Source: Clostridiales bacterium (lineage in GTDB: Bacteria > Bacillota > Clostridia > Lachnospirales > Lachnospiraceae). Taken from it: a stretch of DNA of 64,000 bases. Where the stretch lies: positions 9,067 to 73,066 of the forward strand of contig JAQXKO010000012.1 of assembly GCA_029010495.1 (NCBI GenBank), written 5' to 3'. The position numbers were made by a program, and so were the translations under genes. Positions within the stretch are counted from its first letter, which is position 1. Each line of letters begins with the position of its first letter. This document shows, in pieces, positions 1-8,973 of the stretch. The notes beneath the pieces were generated by a model. The model made no database searches. It saw only the letters and a list, made by a program, of their open reading frames with translations, and was not told the origin of the DNA.

Positions 1-1176
1 GCCATAAGGGCGCAGGCAGGAGGTTTGCCGGGAGCGCTTTCAAAGGTCGGTCTTGATATTTTTGTTGACCCTGATATCGACGGCCCCGGCATCAATGATA
101 TTTCACATGACAAATCACTTATAAAGAAGGTAGAGGTTGACGGAGAAGAATTTCTCTATTATACGCTTCCGAAGATAAATGTGGCACTCATTAAGGGTAC
201 TTCATGTGACAGGAAGGGTAATATTTCATTTGACGATATGTATATGTCAGGCGATGCCCTTTCGATATGTCAGGCGGTTAAGGCAAATGGCGGAAAGGTT
301 ATTGTACAGGTTGACAGACTTATCAGAGTGCCTTCAAGACCCCGTAATACAATTATACCGGGTTGTCTGGTTGATGCTGTAGTTGTGGTAGACCCTGAGT
401 CAAGACATGCAGCATATGAATCCCTGACGGGTAATTTTGAAATACCTTACTCCCAGTGGAAGGACTGGCATGAAATGCTGGAAACACTTACTGCCACAAA
501 GCAGACAACAAATGTTGCAGGCCGAATCATCGGTAAGAGGGCGGCAAGGGAATTGAAGCCGGACGACATTGTAAATATAGGTATCGGTATCCCTGAAATA
601 GTTGCACATTATGCAAGAAAAACAGGTATTCTTGACCGGGTAACATTAACTGTGGAATCAGGTGGTGTGGGCGGTTTCCCTGCTTCGGGTACTGTTTTCG
701 GAGCCATGATAGGTGCGGCATGTATGGTGGACATGGCAAACCAGTTTGACCTTTATGACAACGGCGGACTTGATATATGCTTTATGGGAGCCTTGGAGGT
801 TGACAGGTATGGTAATGTAAATGCCCACAGGGGTCCGGGAGCATTTTCGGGAATAGGCGGATTTGCAAATATAACGGCAAAGACAAAAACAGTTGTATTC
901 TGTCTAACCTTTAATACAAAAGGTCTTGAGGTGCTTCGTCAGAAAGAAAAGGTAACCATCTGCAATAACGGAGCCATTCCAAAGTTTGTGGAGGAGGTTA
1001 GAAGTATATCGTTTTCCGCAAAACGTGCGCTTGTAAACGGCCAGCGTGTTCTGTATATAACTGAGCGTTGTGTGTTTGAGCTTACGGAAAAGGGTCTGAA
1101 GCTTAAAGAGGTATATCCTGGCATTAATGTTAAAAAGGATATCATTGATTTGCTTCCGTTTGAGATTGAAGTATAA
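1..1176 (+). CDS. Family-I acyl-CoA:acetate/3-ketoacid CoA-transferase (YdiF/Pct-like), 5' end truncated by the window edge
   Basis: The frame is open from nt 1, with no stop before the listed TTG at 25. The translation looks like a fused alpha/beta CoA-transferase (TVESGGVGGFPASG, FSGIGGFANIT). Stop at 1174-1176. Confidence 0.7.
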   Translation, partial: AIRAQAGGLPGALSKVGLDIFVDPDIDGPGINDISHDKSLIKKVEVDGEEFLYYTLPKINVALIKGTSCDRKGNISFDDMYMSGDALSICQAVKANGGKVIVQVDRLIRVPSRPRNTIIPGCLVDAVVVVDPESRHAAYESLTGNFEIPYSQWKDWHEMLETLTATKQTTNVAGRIIGKRAARELKPDDIVNIGIGIPEIVAHYARKTGILDRVTLTVESGGVGGFPASGTVFGAMIGAACMVDMANQFDLYDNGGLDICFMGALEVDRYGNVNAHRGPGAFSGIGGFANITAKTKTVVFCLTFNTKGLEVLRQKEKVTICNNGAIPKFVEEVRSISFSAKRALVNGQRVLYITERCVFELTEKGLKLKEVYPGINVKKDIIDLLPFEIEV

Positions 1177-1186
1177 ATATTGCAAT

Positions 1187-1219
1187 AAAAAAGGAGTAGG
1201 ATAATAATCCTACTCCTTT
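1187..1219. terminator. Hairpin between convergent genes, a good intrinsic terminator for the minus-strand AraC gene
   Basis: aaggagtagga-taataa-tcctactcctt is an 11-bp perfect stem. It is flanked by an A-run on the + strand, which reads as a T-run on the - strand. It overlaps the last AraC codons. Confidence 0.55.
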
Positions 1220-1962
1220 ACTGCGTCTATCTTTGTCTGTCTGAAATGGCTGCTCCTGTAATTTTTCGGAGTTTCACCCATTCTCTTTTTAAATACATAA
1301 TTAAAGTAGCTCTGGCTCGGGAAAGCAAGTGTAAGTGCAATATCCGTAATGGAATAATCTGAACAGATAAGCATATTGCAGGCGGTTTCTATTTTGAATG
1401 CCTGTATATATTCGCTTATTGATACGCCGGTATCCTTTTTGAAAATTCTTGACAGATATGTAGGAGTAAGACCTGTGTGTTCAGCGAGCATTTCGACCGT
1501 AATTCTTTTATGAAGATTATCATATATAAATTCGATGCATTTGGCAACAGGCATGGAGCTGACTTTCTTCTTTTTGAGATTTCTCATCCTCTTGGCATAG
1601 TCAAGACACATTTTGGGATGAAGTAAAGCAACCTCCTCGGGAGTTTTGGCCCTGTCAGCTTTTTGAATATAATAATCACTTATGGTATAGGACTTTGCTA
1701 CCGGCATTCCGCCATCGATGCAGTAGCGCGCCACAATTGCAGTTGTGATTACAAAGTGATACTTGATATTCTGAAGATAATTTTCGGAAAGCTTTCCGAG
1801 ACCCTGCTTGTCAAGCAGGCTTTCCGCGCACAGCTCCTCAACGCGTTTGATGTTGCCAAGCTTTATTGCTGAATAAAATTCCAGCTCCGGATTGTAAGCG
1901 GCACGCAGTATCTCATCCTCGCGTTGAATAAATTCCCTGTAAAGCAGTTCGTTTTTTAACAT
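1210..1962 (-). CDS. AraC-family transcriptional regulator
   Basis: C-terminal double HTH typical of AraC/XylS (ITVEMLAEHTGLTPTYLSRIFKK...ITDIALTLAFPSQSYFNYVFKKRMGETPKNYR). Divergent from the GH16 gene. Confidence 0.85.
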   Translation of the reverse strand: MLKNELLYREFIQREDEILRAAYNPELEFYSAIKLGNIKRVEELCAESLLDKQGLGKLSENYLQNIKYHFVITTAIVARYCIDGGMPVAKSYTISDYYIQKADRAKTPEEVALLHPKMCLDYAKRMRNLKKKKVSSMPVAKCIEFIYDNLHKRITVEMLAEHTGLTPTYLSRIFKKDTGVSISEYIQAFKIETACNMLICSDYSITDIALTLAFPSQSYFNYVFKKRMGETPKNYRSSHFRQTKIDAVKE

Positions 1963-2212
1963 TATTTATTTTTATCCCCCTTCTCTTCTGAATGAATTTT
2001 AATGATTAATTTTACCGGTAAATTTCAAATTGTGTTTTATAGGTTGATAATAGCTTAATAAGCCGAAAGTAAAACCCTTTTCTGTATTTATTACCATTAT
2101 AGCATTAAAACATACAAAAAGATATTAAAAGGATATTAAATTATTATTTTTTTGATTATATTTTATAATAAATAATGTGCAGTTAATTGCACGCGAAGGG
2201 AAGGATATTACT

Positions 2213-4576
2213 ATGAGAAAGAAGCAATTGGGTGTATGGGTGGTTATTGCTGCAATGCTTATTTCGGGCTGTGGCAAAAAGGCTGCCGAAAAAACAAATG
2301 AAAAACCTACAGAAGTGCCTGCTCAGGTTACAGAGGAAGATACATCAGAAAATATTACCCAGTATGAGGGATATAAGCTCGTATGGAATGATGAGTTCTC
2401 GGGAACAGAGCTTAATTCGGCAGACTGGAATTATGAAACACATGAAAAAGGCTGGGTTAACAACGAGCTTCAGGAATACATTAAAAGTGAGTCTACAGTT
2501 TACGTGAAAGACGGTAAGCTAGTTATTAAACCGCTCCAGACATCAAACGGATATGCTTCCGGACGTGTTAATACACAGGGCAAGCATGATTTCAAATACG
2601 GACGCTTTGAGGCAAGATGTAAGGTGCCTTCAGGTCAGGGATATCTGCCTGCTTTCTGGATGATGCCTACTGATGAAAACCTTTACGGTCAGTGGCCAAG
2701 ATGCGGTGAAATTGATATCATGGAGGTTATGGGTCAGGATACAAAGAAGGCTTATACAACTATTCATTACGGTAATCCTCATAAGGAAAACCAGGGAACT
2801 TATGATTTGGCAGAAGGAAGCTTTAGTGAGTCCTTCCATACATATGCCGTTGATTGGGAACCGGGTAAGATGACATGGTACATCGACGGTGAAAAGGTAT
2901 TTTCAACTCAGAACTGGTATACAAGAACAGATGGTCAGGGAACGGTAACATACCCTGCTCCGTTTGATCAGCCGTTTTATATGATACTTAACCTCGCAAT
3001 TGGTGGTAACTGGGTTGGCAATCCTGATTCTTCAACAGATGCTGATATGGAAAACCAGTCATTTGAAATTGACTACGTACGTGTTTATCAGAAAGACTCC
3101 TATGATGAAAACGTAAAGGAGCCTGAGATTAAGCTTGAACTCAGAGACCCTGATGAGACAGGAAACTACATTAACAATGCAACCTTCGACAAGCAGGAAT
3201 CCTTGGACGATATGGAGGACTGGAGATTCTTACTTGCAAACGGAGGTAAGGGCTCTGCTGAAATCAAAGACGGTCAGATGATTATCAGAACAGAGGAAGA
3301 GGGTACTGTAGATTACAGTGTACAGCTTATTCATCCGAAGATTCCTTTTGAAAAGGGCGTAACATATAAGGTTACTTTTGATGCATGGGCATCAGATAAC
3401 CGTTCTATGAAGGTGGCTGTAAAGGCTCCGAACAATGGCTGGATTGAATATCTTCCTACTACAACTGTTGACCTCACAAAGGAAAAGCAGACATTTGAAT
3501 TTGAATTTAAGATGACAAACAGAACCGATGATTCAGGACGTCTTGAGTATAATACAGGTGCTTCGGGCTCAAAGGAGACTATTTATATTGACAATGTAAG
3601 AGTTGCCAAAAAGGATGGAGAAGTTGTTGTTGAAGATGACGGCAAGAAGGTTCTTTCTGATGGTAATTATGTTTATAACGGACAGTTCCAGGAAGGTGAA
3701 AACAGAGTAGGCTTCTGGACAATTGATAATCCCGGCGATAAGGCACAGATTAGTGTAAGCCCTCTTGAGGACAACAGAAGATTAACAATTGTTGTTCCTT
3801 CAGGCGGATTAAAGGATACTCCTGTTAAGATTAGTCAGGGCGAGCTTGCAGTAACAGGCGGAACAGGTTATGAATTCAGTTTTGCTGCAGAGGGTCCTAA
3901 GGATTCTGTAATTAAAGTTCTCATTCTCGGCAAGGAAGAGAGCTTCACATTAACAGGCGGCAAGGATACATTTACGGTTAAGCTTGACATGACAGGCGTT
4001 AAGGAAATTAAATATCCGAATATTACAATCAGTGTTGATGCTGAAGGCACGACAAAGATTGATAATGTTAAGCTTATTGAGGACGTGCTTATAAAGAACG
4101 GTGATTTCTCAGCAGGCTTTGCCGGATTTGAAGTATATGTTGATTCACAGGCAGATGCCTCATATGTGGTAGACAGCCAGACAGCAGGTAATGACAACTC
4201 AGCAGATTTCACAATTAAGAAGACAGGCGGCGATGATTGGAGAATCCAGCTCAAGCAGAACAACGTAAATCTTGAATATGGAAAATGCTACAGACTTACA
4301 TTTTCAGCCCGTTCAAATAAGGCCAGAAAGATTCGGGCAATAATGCAGGGCGATGAGTCACACGGATGGGCCGTATACTCCTGTGAAAACATTGTTGATT
4401 TAAAGGGAGATATGGAATATCAGACATTTACATGCTCATTTAAGATGGAGCAGGCAACTGATGCTAAGGCATTCCTAAGTATTTGTCTCGGAAAGGTTGA
4501 TGCAGAAATCAATGAACAGCACAGAGTATGTATCGACAATATCTCATTAGTTGAAATCGACGAAAAGGATATGTAA
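2213..4576 (+). CDS. GH16 beta-glucanase (laminarinase/lichenase-like) lipoprotein with three C-terminal CBM4/9-like modules
   Basis: Start chosen at ATG 2213 (MRKKQLGVWVVIAAMLISGC, lipobox LISGC; SD gaaggga upstream). GH16 catalytic motif EIDIME at 2708-2725. There are three roughly 140-150 aa modules, each opening with an N-G-x-F motif and ending in IDNV/IDNI. Confidence 0.85.
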   Translation: MRKKQLGVWVVIAAMLISGCGKKAAEKTNEKPTEVPAQVTEEDTSENITQYEGYKLVWNDEFSGTELNSADWNYETHEKGWVNNELQEYIKSESTVYVKDGKLVIKPLQTSNGYASGRVNTQGKHDFKYGRFEARCKVPSGQGYLPAFWMMPTDENLYGQWPRCGEIDIMEVMGQDTKKAYTTIHYGNPHKENQGTYDLAEGSFSESFHTYAVDWEPGKMTWYIDGEKVFSTQNWYTRTDGQGTVTYPAPFDQPFYMILNLAIGGNWVGNPDSSTDADMENQSFEIDYVRVYQKDSYDENVKEPEIKLELRDPDETGNYINNATFDKQESLDDMEDWRFLLANGGKGSAEIKDGQMIIRTEEEGTVDYSVQLIHPKIPFEKGVTYKVTFDAWASDNRSMKVAVKAPNNGWIEYLPTTTVDLTKEKQTFEFEFKMTNRTDDSGRLEYNTGASGSKETIYIDNVRVAKKDGEVVVEDDGKKVLSDGNYVYNGQFQEGENRVGFWTIDNPGDKAQISVSPLEDNRRLTIVVPSGGLKDTPVKISQGELAVTGGTGYEFSFAAEGPKDSVIKVLILGKEESFTLTGGKDTFTVKLDMTGVKEIKYPNITISVDAEGTTKIDNVKLIEDVLIKNGDFSAGFAGFEVYVDSQADASYVVDSQTAGNDNSADFTIKKTGGDDWRIQLKQNNVNLEYGKCYRLTFSARSNKARKIRAIMQGDESHGWAVYSCENIVDLKGDMEYQTFTCSFKMEQATDAKAFLSICLGKVDAEINEQHRVCIDNISLVEIDEKDM

Positions 4577-4661
4577 TATTATATCTTTATTAATTTGATG
4601 GTTTTACCAACGTTATAAATACTTTTTCTTCTTTACTTCTTCTATATTGAAGGATAAAAGG

Positions 4662-4688
4662 GCACCCTTTCCCAGGGTGCTTTTTTAT
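4662..4688 (+). terminator. Rho-independent terminator after the GH16 gene
   Basis: Stem gcaccct / agggtgc followed by a T7 run. Confidence 0.7.
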
Positions 4689-4710
4689 TTGTCTGATAAA
4701 TAATGATATG

Positions 4711-4739
4711 TTGCTTATTTGAAATCACTGTGATAATAT
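4711..4739 (+). promoter_or_regulatory. Candidate sigmaA promoter for the small ORF
   Basis: TTGCTT - 17 nt - TAATAT. Confidence 0.3.
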
Positions 4740-4768
4740 GTATTAAAAACTGACTCGGAGGTGGTATT

Positions 4769-5014
4769 TTGTTTGGTTTTTTAAGGCACAATACAAAGGA
4801 CCTTGATAATGCTGTCCTTGAATTTGAACATTTTTACAAAAATAATTATAAGGACGAGGCTCATAAAAGCTTCGCAGAGGTATTAAGGCTTTTTGATGAG
4901 AAAAAAGCATCCGGCAGACTCAGTAAAAGAGAGATTGCAAGGTACACGAAGCTTATTAATGATTACAAGGAAAAACTTAAGGATTATACGCACTATAAAA
5001 GAATCGGATGGTAG
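4769..5014 (+). CDS. Hypothetical small, highly charged helical protein (81 aa)
   Basis: TTG start preceded by GGAGGTGG. No signal peptide and no motif I recognise. Confidence 0.35.
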   Translation: MFGFLRHNTKDLDNAVLEFEHFYKNNYKDEAHKSFAEVLRLFDEKKASGRLSKREIARYTKLINDYKEKLKDYTHYKRIGW

Positions 5015-5037
5015 TGTAAAAATATTTATTATCAGTA

Positions 5038-5066
5038 TTGACAAATGTTTACAAAGGGTATATTGT
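5038..5066 (+). promoter_or_regulatory. Candidate sigmaA promoter of the ABC operon
   Basis: TTGACA (5038-5043) - 17 nt - TATTGT (5061-5066). Confidence 0.4.
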
Positions 5067-5090
5067 ATATATAGCACATATACAATATAC
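5058..5090. promoter_or_regulatory. Perfect 13-bp inverted repeat, candidate operator of the GntR/YtrA-type repressor encoded at 7547-7933
   Basis: GTATATTGTATAT-N7-ATATACAATATAC. It overlaps the predicted -10 and transcription start of the ABC operon. Confidence 0.5.
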
Positions 5091-5134
5091 TCTTTTGTAT
5101 ATAAATTAAGAAAATATCGATATGGGAGGCAATA

Positions 5135-6010
5135 ATGGACTCAACAAATGCTATTGAAATTAATGGTCTTGTAAAGAAATATGACGGATTTACTCTCGGA
5201 CCTGTATCTTTCTGTGTGCCGGAGGGAAGCATAACGGGATTTATCGGCCAGAACGGTGCAGGAAAGTCAACTACCATCAAATCAATCCTTGGTATAATTA
5301 AGCCCGATGAAGGCAGTATTAATGTTCTGGGTACGGATGTATTATCGGGAAGGGATGATTACAGGCAGTACATGGCAGCGGTATTTGATGAGCTGCCGTT
5401 TAATGATGAGCTTAATTCAACAGATATTTCCAGAATTTTTTCAAGGATATACAAAAATTGGAGCAATGAAACATTCTTTGATTATATTACTAAATTTGAA
5501 CTTCCGAGAAAGAAAAAATGCGGGAAGTTTTCCAAGGGTATGAAGATGAAGCTTCAGATTGCCGTTGCGTTATCACATGGGGCTAAGCTGCTTGTAATGG
5601 ATGAGGCAACCTCAGGTCTTGACCCGGTTGTAAGAAATGAAATACTTGATATTTTCTATGATTATCTTAAGGACGAAGGCCACAGTATTCTGATGTCTTC
5701 ACATATCACTTCAGACCTTGATAAAATAGCCGATAATATTGTCTTTATTGACCACGGACGGGTTTATTTGACAGGTGAAAAGGATAAGATACTTGACAGT
5801 CACGGAATGGTTAAATGCACAAAAAATGAGTATTTGGAAATACCTGCGTGCGATTTCATTAGCGCCAGGGTAACTGAATTCGGAGTTGATGTTTTAATCA
5901 GTGACAGAGCTGCTTTTTCAGGAAAACATCCGGATATGATAATTGAGAAGGTATCCCTTGAGGATGTTATGCTTTTCTATGTTAACAAAGAGAAAAAGGA
6001 GTGGTCATAG
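5135..6010 (+). CDS. ABC transporter ATP-binding protein (YtrB-like, ABC-2 type)
   Basis: Walker A GQNGAGKST, signature FSKGMKMKL, Walker B LLVMDEATSGLD. SD gggagg lies before the ATG. Confidence 0.9.
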   Translation: MDSTNAIEINGLVKKYDGFTLGPVSFCVPEGSITGFIGQNGAGKSTTIKSILGIIKPDEGSINVLGTDVLSGRDDYRQYMAAVFDELPFNDELNSTDISRIFSRIYKNWSNETFFDYITKFELPRKKKCGKFSKGMKMKLQIAVALSHGAKLLVMDEATSGLDPVVRNEILDIFYDYLKDEGHSILMSSHITSDLDKIADNIVFIDHGRVYLTGEKDKILDSHGMVKCTKNEYLEIPACDFISARVTEFGVDVLISDRAAFSGKHPDMIIEKVSLEDVMLFYVNKEKKEWS

Positions 6011-6759
6011 TGAAGGGATTGGTTTACAGGGAATTCAGGTTAGCCAAAAAAAACATAATTATTATTGCTTTTATTGTAGGACTTTTGCTGGTAATACACA
6101 ATATGATATTATTGAGTCTTGACTTTGGCACTTTATCAAAACAGTCGACGGAAAGCATCATTGATATAAGTGAGTTTGCCGGAGAGTTGTATTATGTTGA
6201 GTTTGCAGTTTTTATGCTTGCGGCTTTCGGAATTATTAATAATATATTTATTGATTACCGTGCCGGCTGGATGACTTTTTCAAAGACACTGCCCGGTGGA
6301 ATAAAAACTGCAGTCAGGGCGAGATACATAAGCTTTATTCTGATTGGCATTACAGAGTTTGCTTTGGGATTTATTATTTCCTTTGTGATGGCGAAAATGG
6401 CGGATAAACCTTTAAATGCTTCAGACTGCAGGCTGCTTTTATCTGTAGCGTTAATAATGAATGTAATCGAGTGTCTCTATATGACACTGGCATATGCTTT
6501 AAAAACAAGTAATAAAACGATTGGATTATTTGCCTCCTTTTTGTTTTTGGTAATGATATTCCTTTCTGGATGTGTCGTTAACGAGAAAGAAAATATTAAT
6601 ATTGAAAAAGTCGGTAAGCTGGTGAGCTATGTGAATGAACACTTTTCTTTAATTGTTTTATTTGCAGCCGTAATTACCTGTCTTGTTTTTTTTGTCTGCT
6701 ATGAAATTTCACTTTATTCTGCAAAGAGAGAGGGTAAATATGTCCGGATTATTATATAA
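6001..6759 (+). CDS. ABC-2 family membrane (permease) protein
   Basis: About 6 hydrophobic segments. GTG start at 6001 or 6010, overlapping the ATPase stop. N-terminus GLVYREFRL is typical of ABC-2 permeases partnered with YtrA regulators. Confidence 0.7.
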   Translation: MVIVKGLVYREFRLAKKNIIIIAFIVGLLLVIHNMILLSLDFGTLSKQSTESIIDISEFAGELYYVEFAVFMLAAFGIINNIFIDYRAGWMTFSKTLPGGIKTAVRARYISFILIGITEFALGFIISFVMAKMADKPLNASDCRLLLSVALIMNVIECLYMTLAYALKTSNKTIGLFASFLFLVMIFLSGCVVNEKENINIEKVGKLVSYVNEHFSLIVLFAAVITCLVFFVCYEISLYSAKREGKYVRIII

Positions 6760-7453
6760 AGAGTTTGCAATTAACAGAAAGATATATATTGGTTTCATTA
6801 TTGAAGTCTTGATATTCGTTTTCGGGACAATATCTTTAAGCCACGGAGGAGATAATACCGAAAGCACCATAATCCAGTTTTTGTTTATTCCCGTAATTTA
6901 TTTAATAGTCGGAGCGATACAGGGAATGATATACGGAACAGATGAGAGAAAAGTTTCGGCATATATGTTTTCATCAACTCCCAATGGCATAAAGAGGATA
7001 GTTGCAGCAAAATATCTTATAATATCTATGATGACACTGTATGTAACATTATGCGCAGTAATGATAAACGGTTATTATAAATTATCGGACAACAGCACAG
7101 GCTCCGGTATCAGACTGGCTTTCATATGTATGCTTGTTCAGCTCTTTTTGCGGGCAACTGAGCTTCCTTTTATCATAAGATTTGGCTCAAAATACGGTTC
7201 TGTCATAAAAAGTGCAATTCTGACAATATTAGTTCTGTTTTGTTTATGGTATTCCCTTTTTATAGAAATACCTGAATTTTTTTCAGACGGCAGGTTTCTT
7301 GATTATGCTATGAAAATACTTGACGGTGATATAAGTAGAAAAGTTAAAATAACATATTGCTGTGCGGGTCTATGCGTAGCGGCATTTTACTATTTATCAT
7401 ACAGGATTTCGTGCCTGCTTTTCTTAAGAGGAGTAGAGGAGTATGAACAATAA
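6740..7453 (+). CDS. ABC-2 family membrane (permease) protein, paralogue of the previous gene
   Basis: Start moved to ATG 6740 (MSGLLYKEFAI, SD agagagaggg). Multi-pass membrane profile. Confidence 0.7.
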   Translation: MSGLLYKEFAINRKIYIGFIIEVLIFVFGTISLSHGGDNTESTIIQFLFIPVIYLIVGAIQGMIYGTDERKVSAYMFSSTPNGIKRIVAAKYLIISMMTLYVTLCAVMINGYYKLSDNSTGSGIRLAFICMLVQLFLRATELPFIIRFGSKYGSVIKSAILTILVLFCLWYSLFIEIPEFFSDGRFLDYAMKILDGDISRKVKITYCCAGLCVAAFYYLSYRISCLLFLRGVEEYEQ

Positions 7454-7546
7454 AATAAATATAGTATTCAGTTGCAAAATAATTAAAATATGATATTCTA
7501 TTATTAACAAATCCGGACGGATTAATTAAATTAACGGAAGTATAAC

Positions 7547-7933
7547 ATGGATATAATTATTAGTAATTCATCGGGAGATCCTATATATCTTCAGATAGTC
7601 AATCAGATAAAAGCGCTTATTATTTCGGGTGAGCTGGCAGTCGGCGAGGCACTTCCTTCCATGAGAACGCTTGCCGCCAGTCTGCGTATCAGTATAATCA
7701 CTACAAAGCGTGCTTATGAGGAGCTTGAACGTGACGGCTTTATAGAAAGCTATACGGGACGAGGAAGCTTTGTTAAGGCACAGAATTCGGAGCTGTTAAA
7801 GGAGCATAATCTCTGCAAAATAGAAGAGCTTCTGAAAGAAGCAACCGGATTAGCCGGAATGTGCGGTGTAAGCAGTGATGAACTCTGTTATATGATAAAG
7901 CTTATTATGGAGGATAACAGTTCTCAAAATTAA
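7547..7933 (+). CDS. GntR-family (YtrA-subfamily, short C-terminus) transcriptional regulator
   Basis: 128 aa. Winged HTH: LPSMRTLAASLRISIITTKRAYEELERDGFIESYTGRGSFV. Confidence 0.85.
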   Translation: MDIIISNSSGDPIYLQIVNQIKALIISGELAVGEALPSMRTLAASLRISIITTKRAYEELERDGFIESYTGRGSFVKAQNSELLKEHNLCKIEELLKEATGLAGMCGVSSDELCYMIKLIMEDNSSQN

Positions 7934-7947
7934 GGAAAAAGAAGCAT

Positions 7948-8008
7948 AAAAACAGCTGTGAAAAGATGACATATCATATGTCATATTCTGTTTCACAGCT
8001 GCTTTTTT
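7948..8008. terminator. Bidirectional terminator between the convergent GntR and aroE genes
   Basis: Stem cagctgtgaaa ... tttcacagctg with an inner atgacat/atgtcat stem. A5 upstream and T6 downstream. Confidence 0.7.
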
Positions 8009-8777
8009 ATTTATTAACTATTTGTTTGATTTCTTCATATACGTTGTCAATAACTGATTCATCAAAATGTTTATCAAGAAAGTATTCACATGCATAAACC
8101 GCCTGTGCTACAAGCATCAGAAGACCGTTGACAGCCATAACGCCTTTTGCCCCGGCATCAGCCAGAAGCTTTGTGACGTCAGGATTATATATGATGTCCA
8201 CGACTGCCTCAAGCCTGTCGTACGGAGTAAGATCAAGGGGTGTGGCATTGATATCCGGAAACATGCCTACAGGAGAGGTGTTGACAATTAATTCAGCATG
8301 GCTGAAGCTTTTTGCAGCCTCCTCATATGTTATGGTGCCCGGCTCCACCTTATATTTAACAATAGTCATTGATTTAGGCTTAAGAGAGTTAAGCGCAGCC
8401 ATGACAGCCTTGGCGGCACCGCCGTTTCCGATAACAAGAACAGTCTTTCCCTCAACCTTTATATTGAATTTTCTGAGTGTATAAAGGAAACCGTAATAGT
8501 CAGTATTGAAGCCGCTGAGCCGCCCGTTTTTATTTACAACTGTATTGACGGCACCAATCTGTCCGGCAGCTTCGTCAACATAGTCAAGGTAAGGAATTAC
8601 ATCCTGCTTGTAGGGAATGGTGACATTAATTGCCGCAAAATCCTTTTTTGTCATAAAATCGTCAAATTCATCAGTGCTTAGCGGAATCAGATCATATGTA
8701 TAATCAGCAATTTTTTCGTGAATGATTTTTGAATAACTGTGGCCCAGTTTACCTCCTATCAAACCGTATCTTTTCAT
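8007..8777 (-). CDS. aroE: Shikimate dehydrogenase
   Basis: Start taken at MKRYGLIGGKLGHSYS (SD aagagg). Motifs NVTIPYK, GAVNT, GFNTD and GNGGAAKA. Confidence 0.85.
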   Translation of the reverse strand: MKRYGLIGGKLGHSYSKIIHEKIADYTYDLIPLSTDEFDDFMTKKDFAAINVTIPYKQDVIPYLDYVDEAAGQIGAVNTVVNKNGRLSGFNTDYYGFLYTLRKFNIKVEGKTVLVIGNGGAAKAVMAALNSLKPKSMTIVKYKVEPGTITYEEAAKSFSHAELIVNTSPVGMFPDINATPLDLTPYDRLEAVVDIIYNPDVTKLLADAGAKGVMAVNGLLMLVAQAVYACEYFLDKHFDESVIDNVYEEIKQIVNK

Positions 8778-8973
8778 AATTAACCTCTTTTCTGTCAAAA
8801 GTATAATCATATGTATTATAATTCATCACATTTGTTTTTTCAATAACAGGAAAAACAAATATACAGTTTTGTATGTTTCCGGCTGAATTAAAATGTGTGT
8901 ACTAAGTAATGAAATATACTCATATTATTAATTAGGCATGTACAATTTTAATATGGTCAGGAAAGGATTGATT

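Noticed and set aside
8919-8948. A sigmaE-like promoter upstream of spoIIIAA: TCATATT followed by CATGTACAAT.
   Set aside because: The spacing and the -10 do not fit my remembered sigmaE consensus well in any register. I could not support it as a feature. Transcript mapping is needed.
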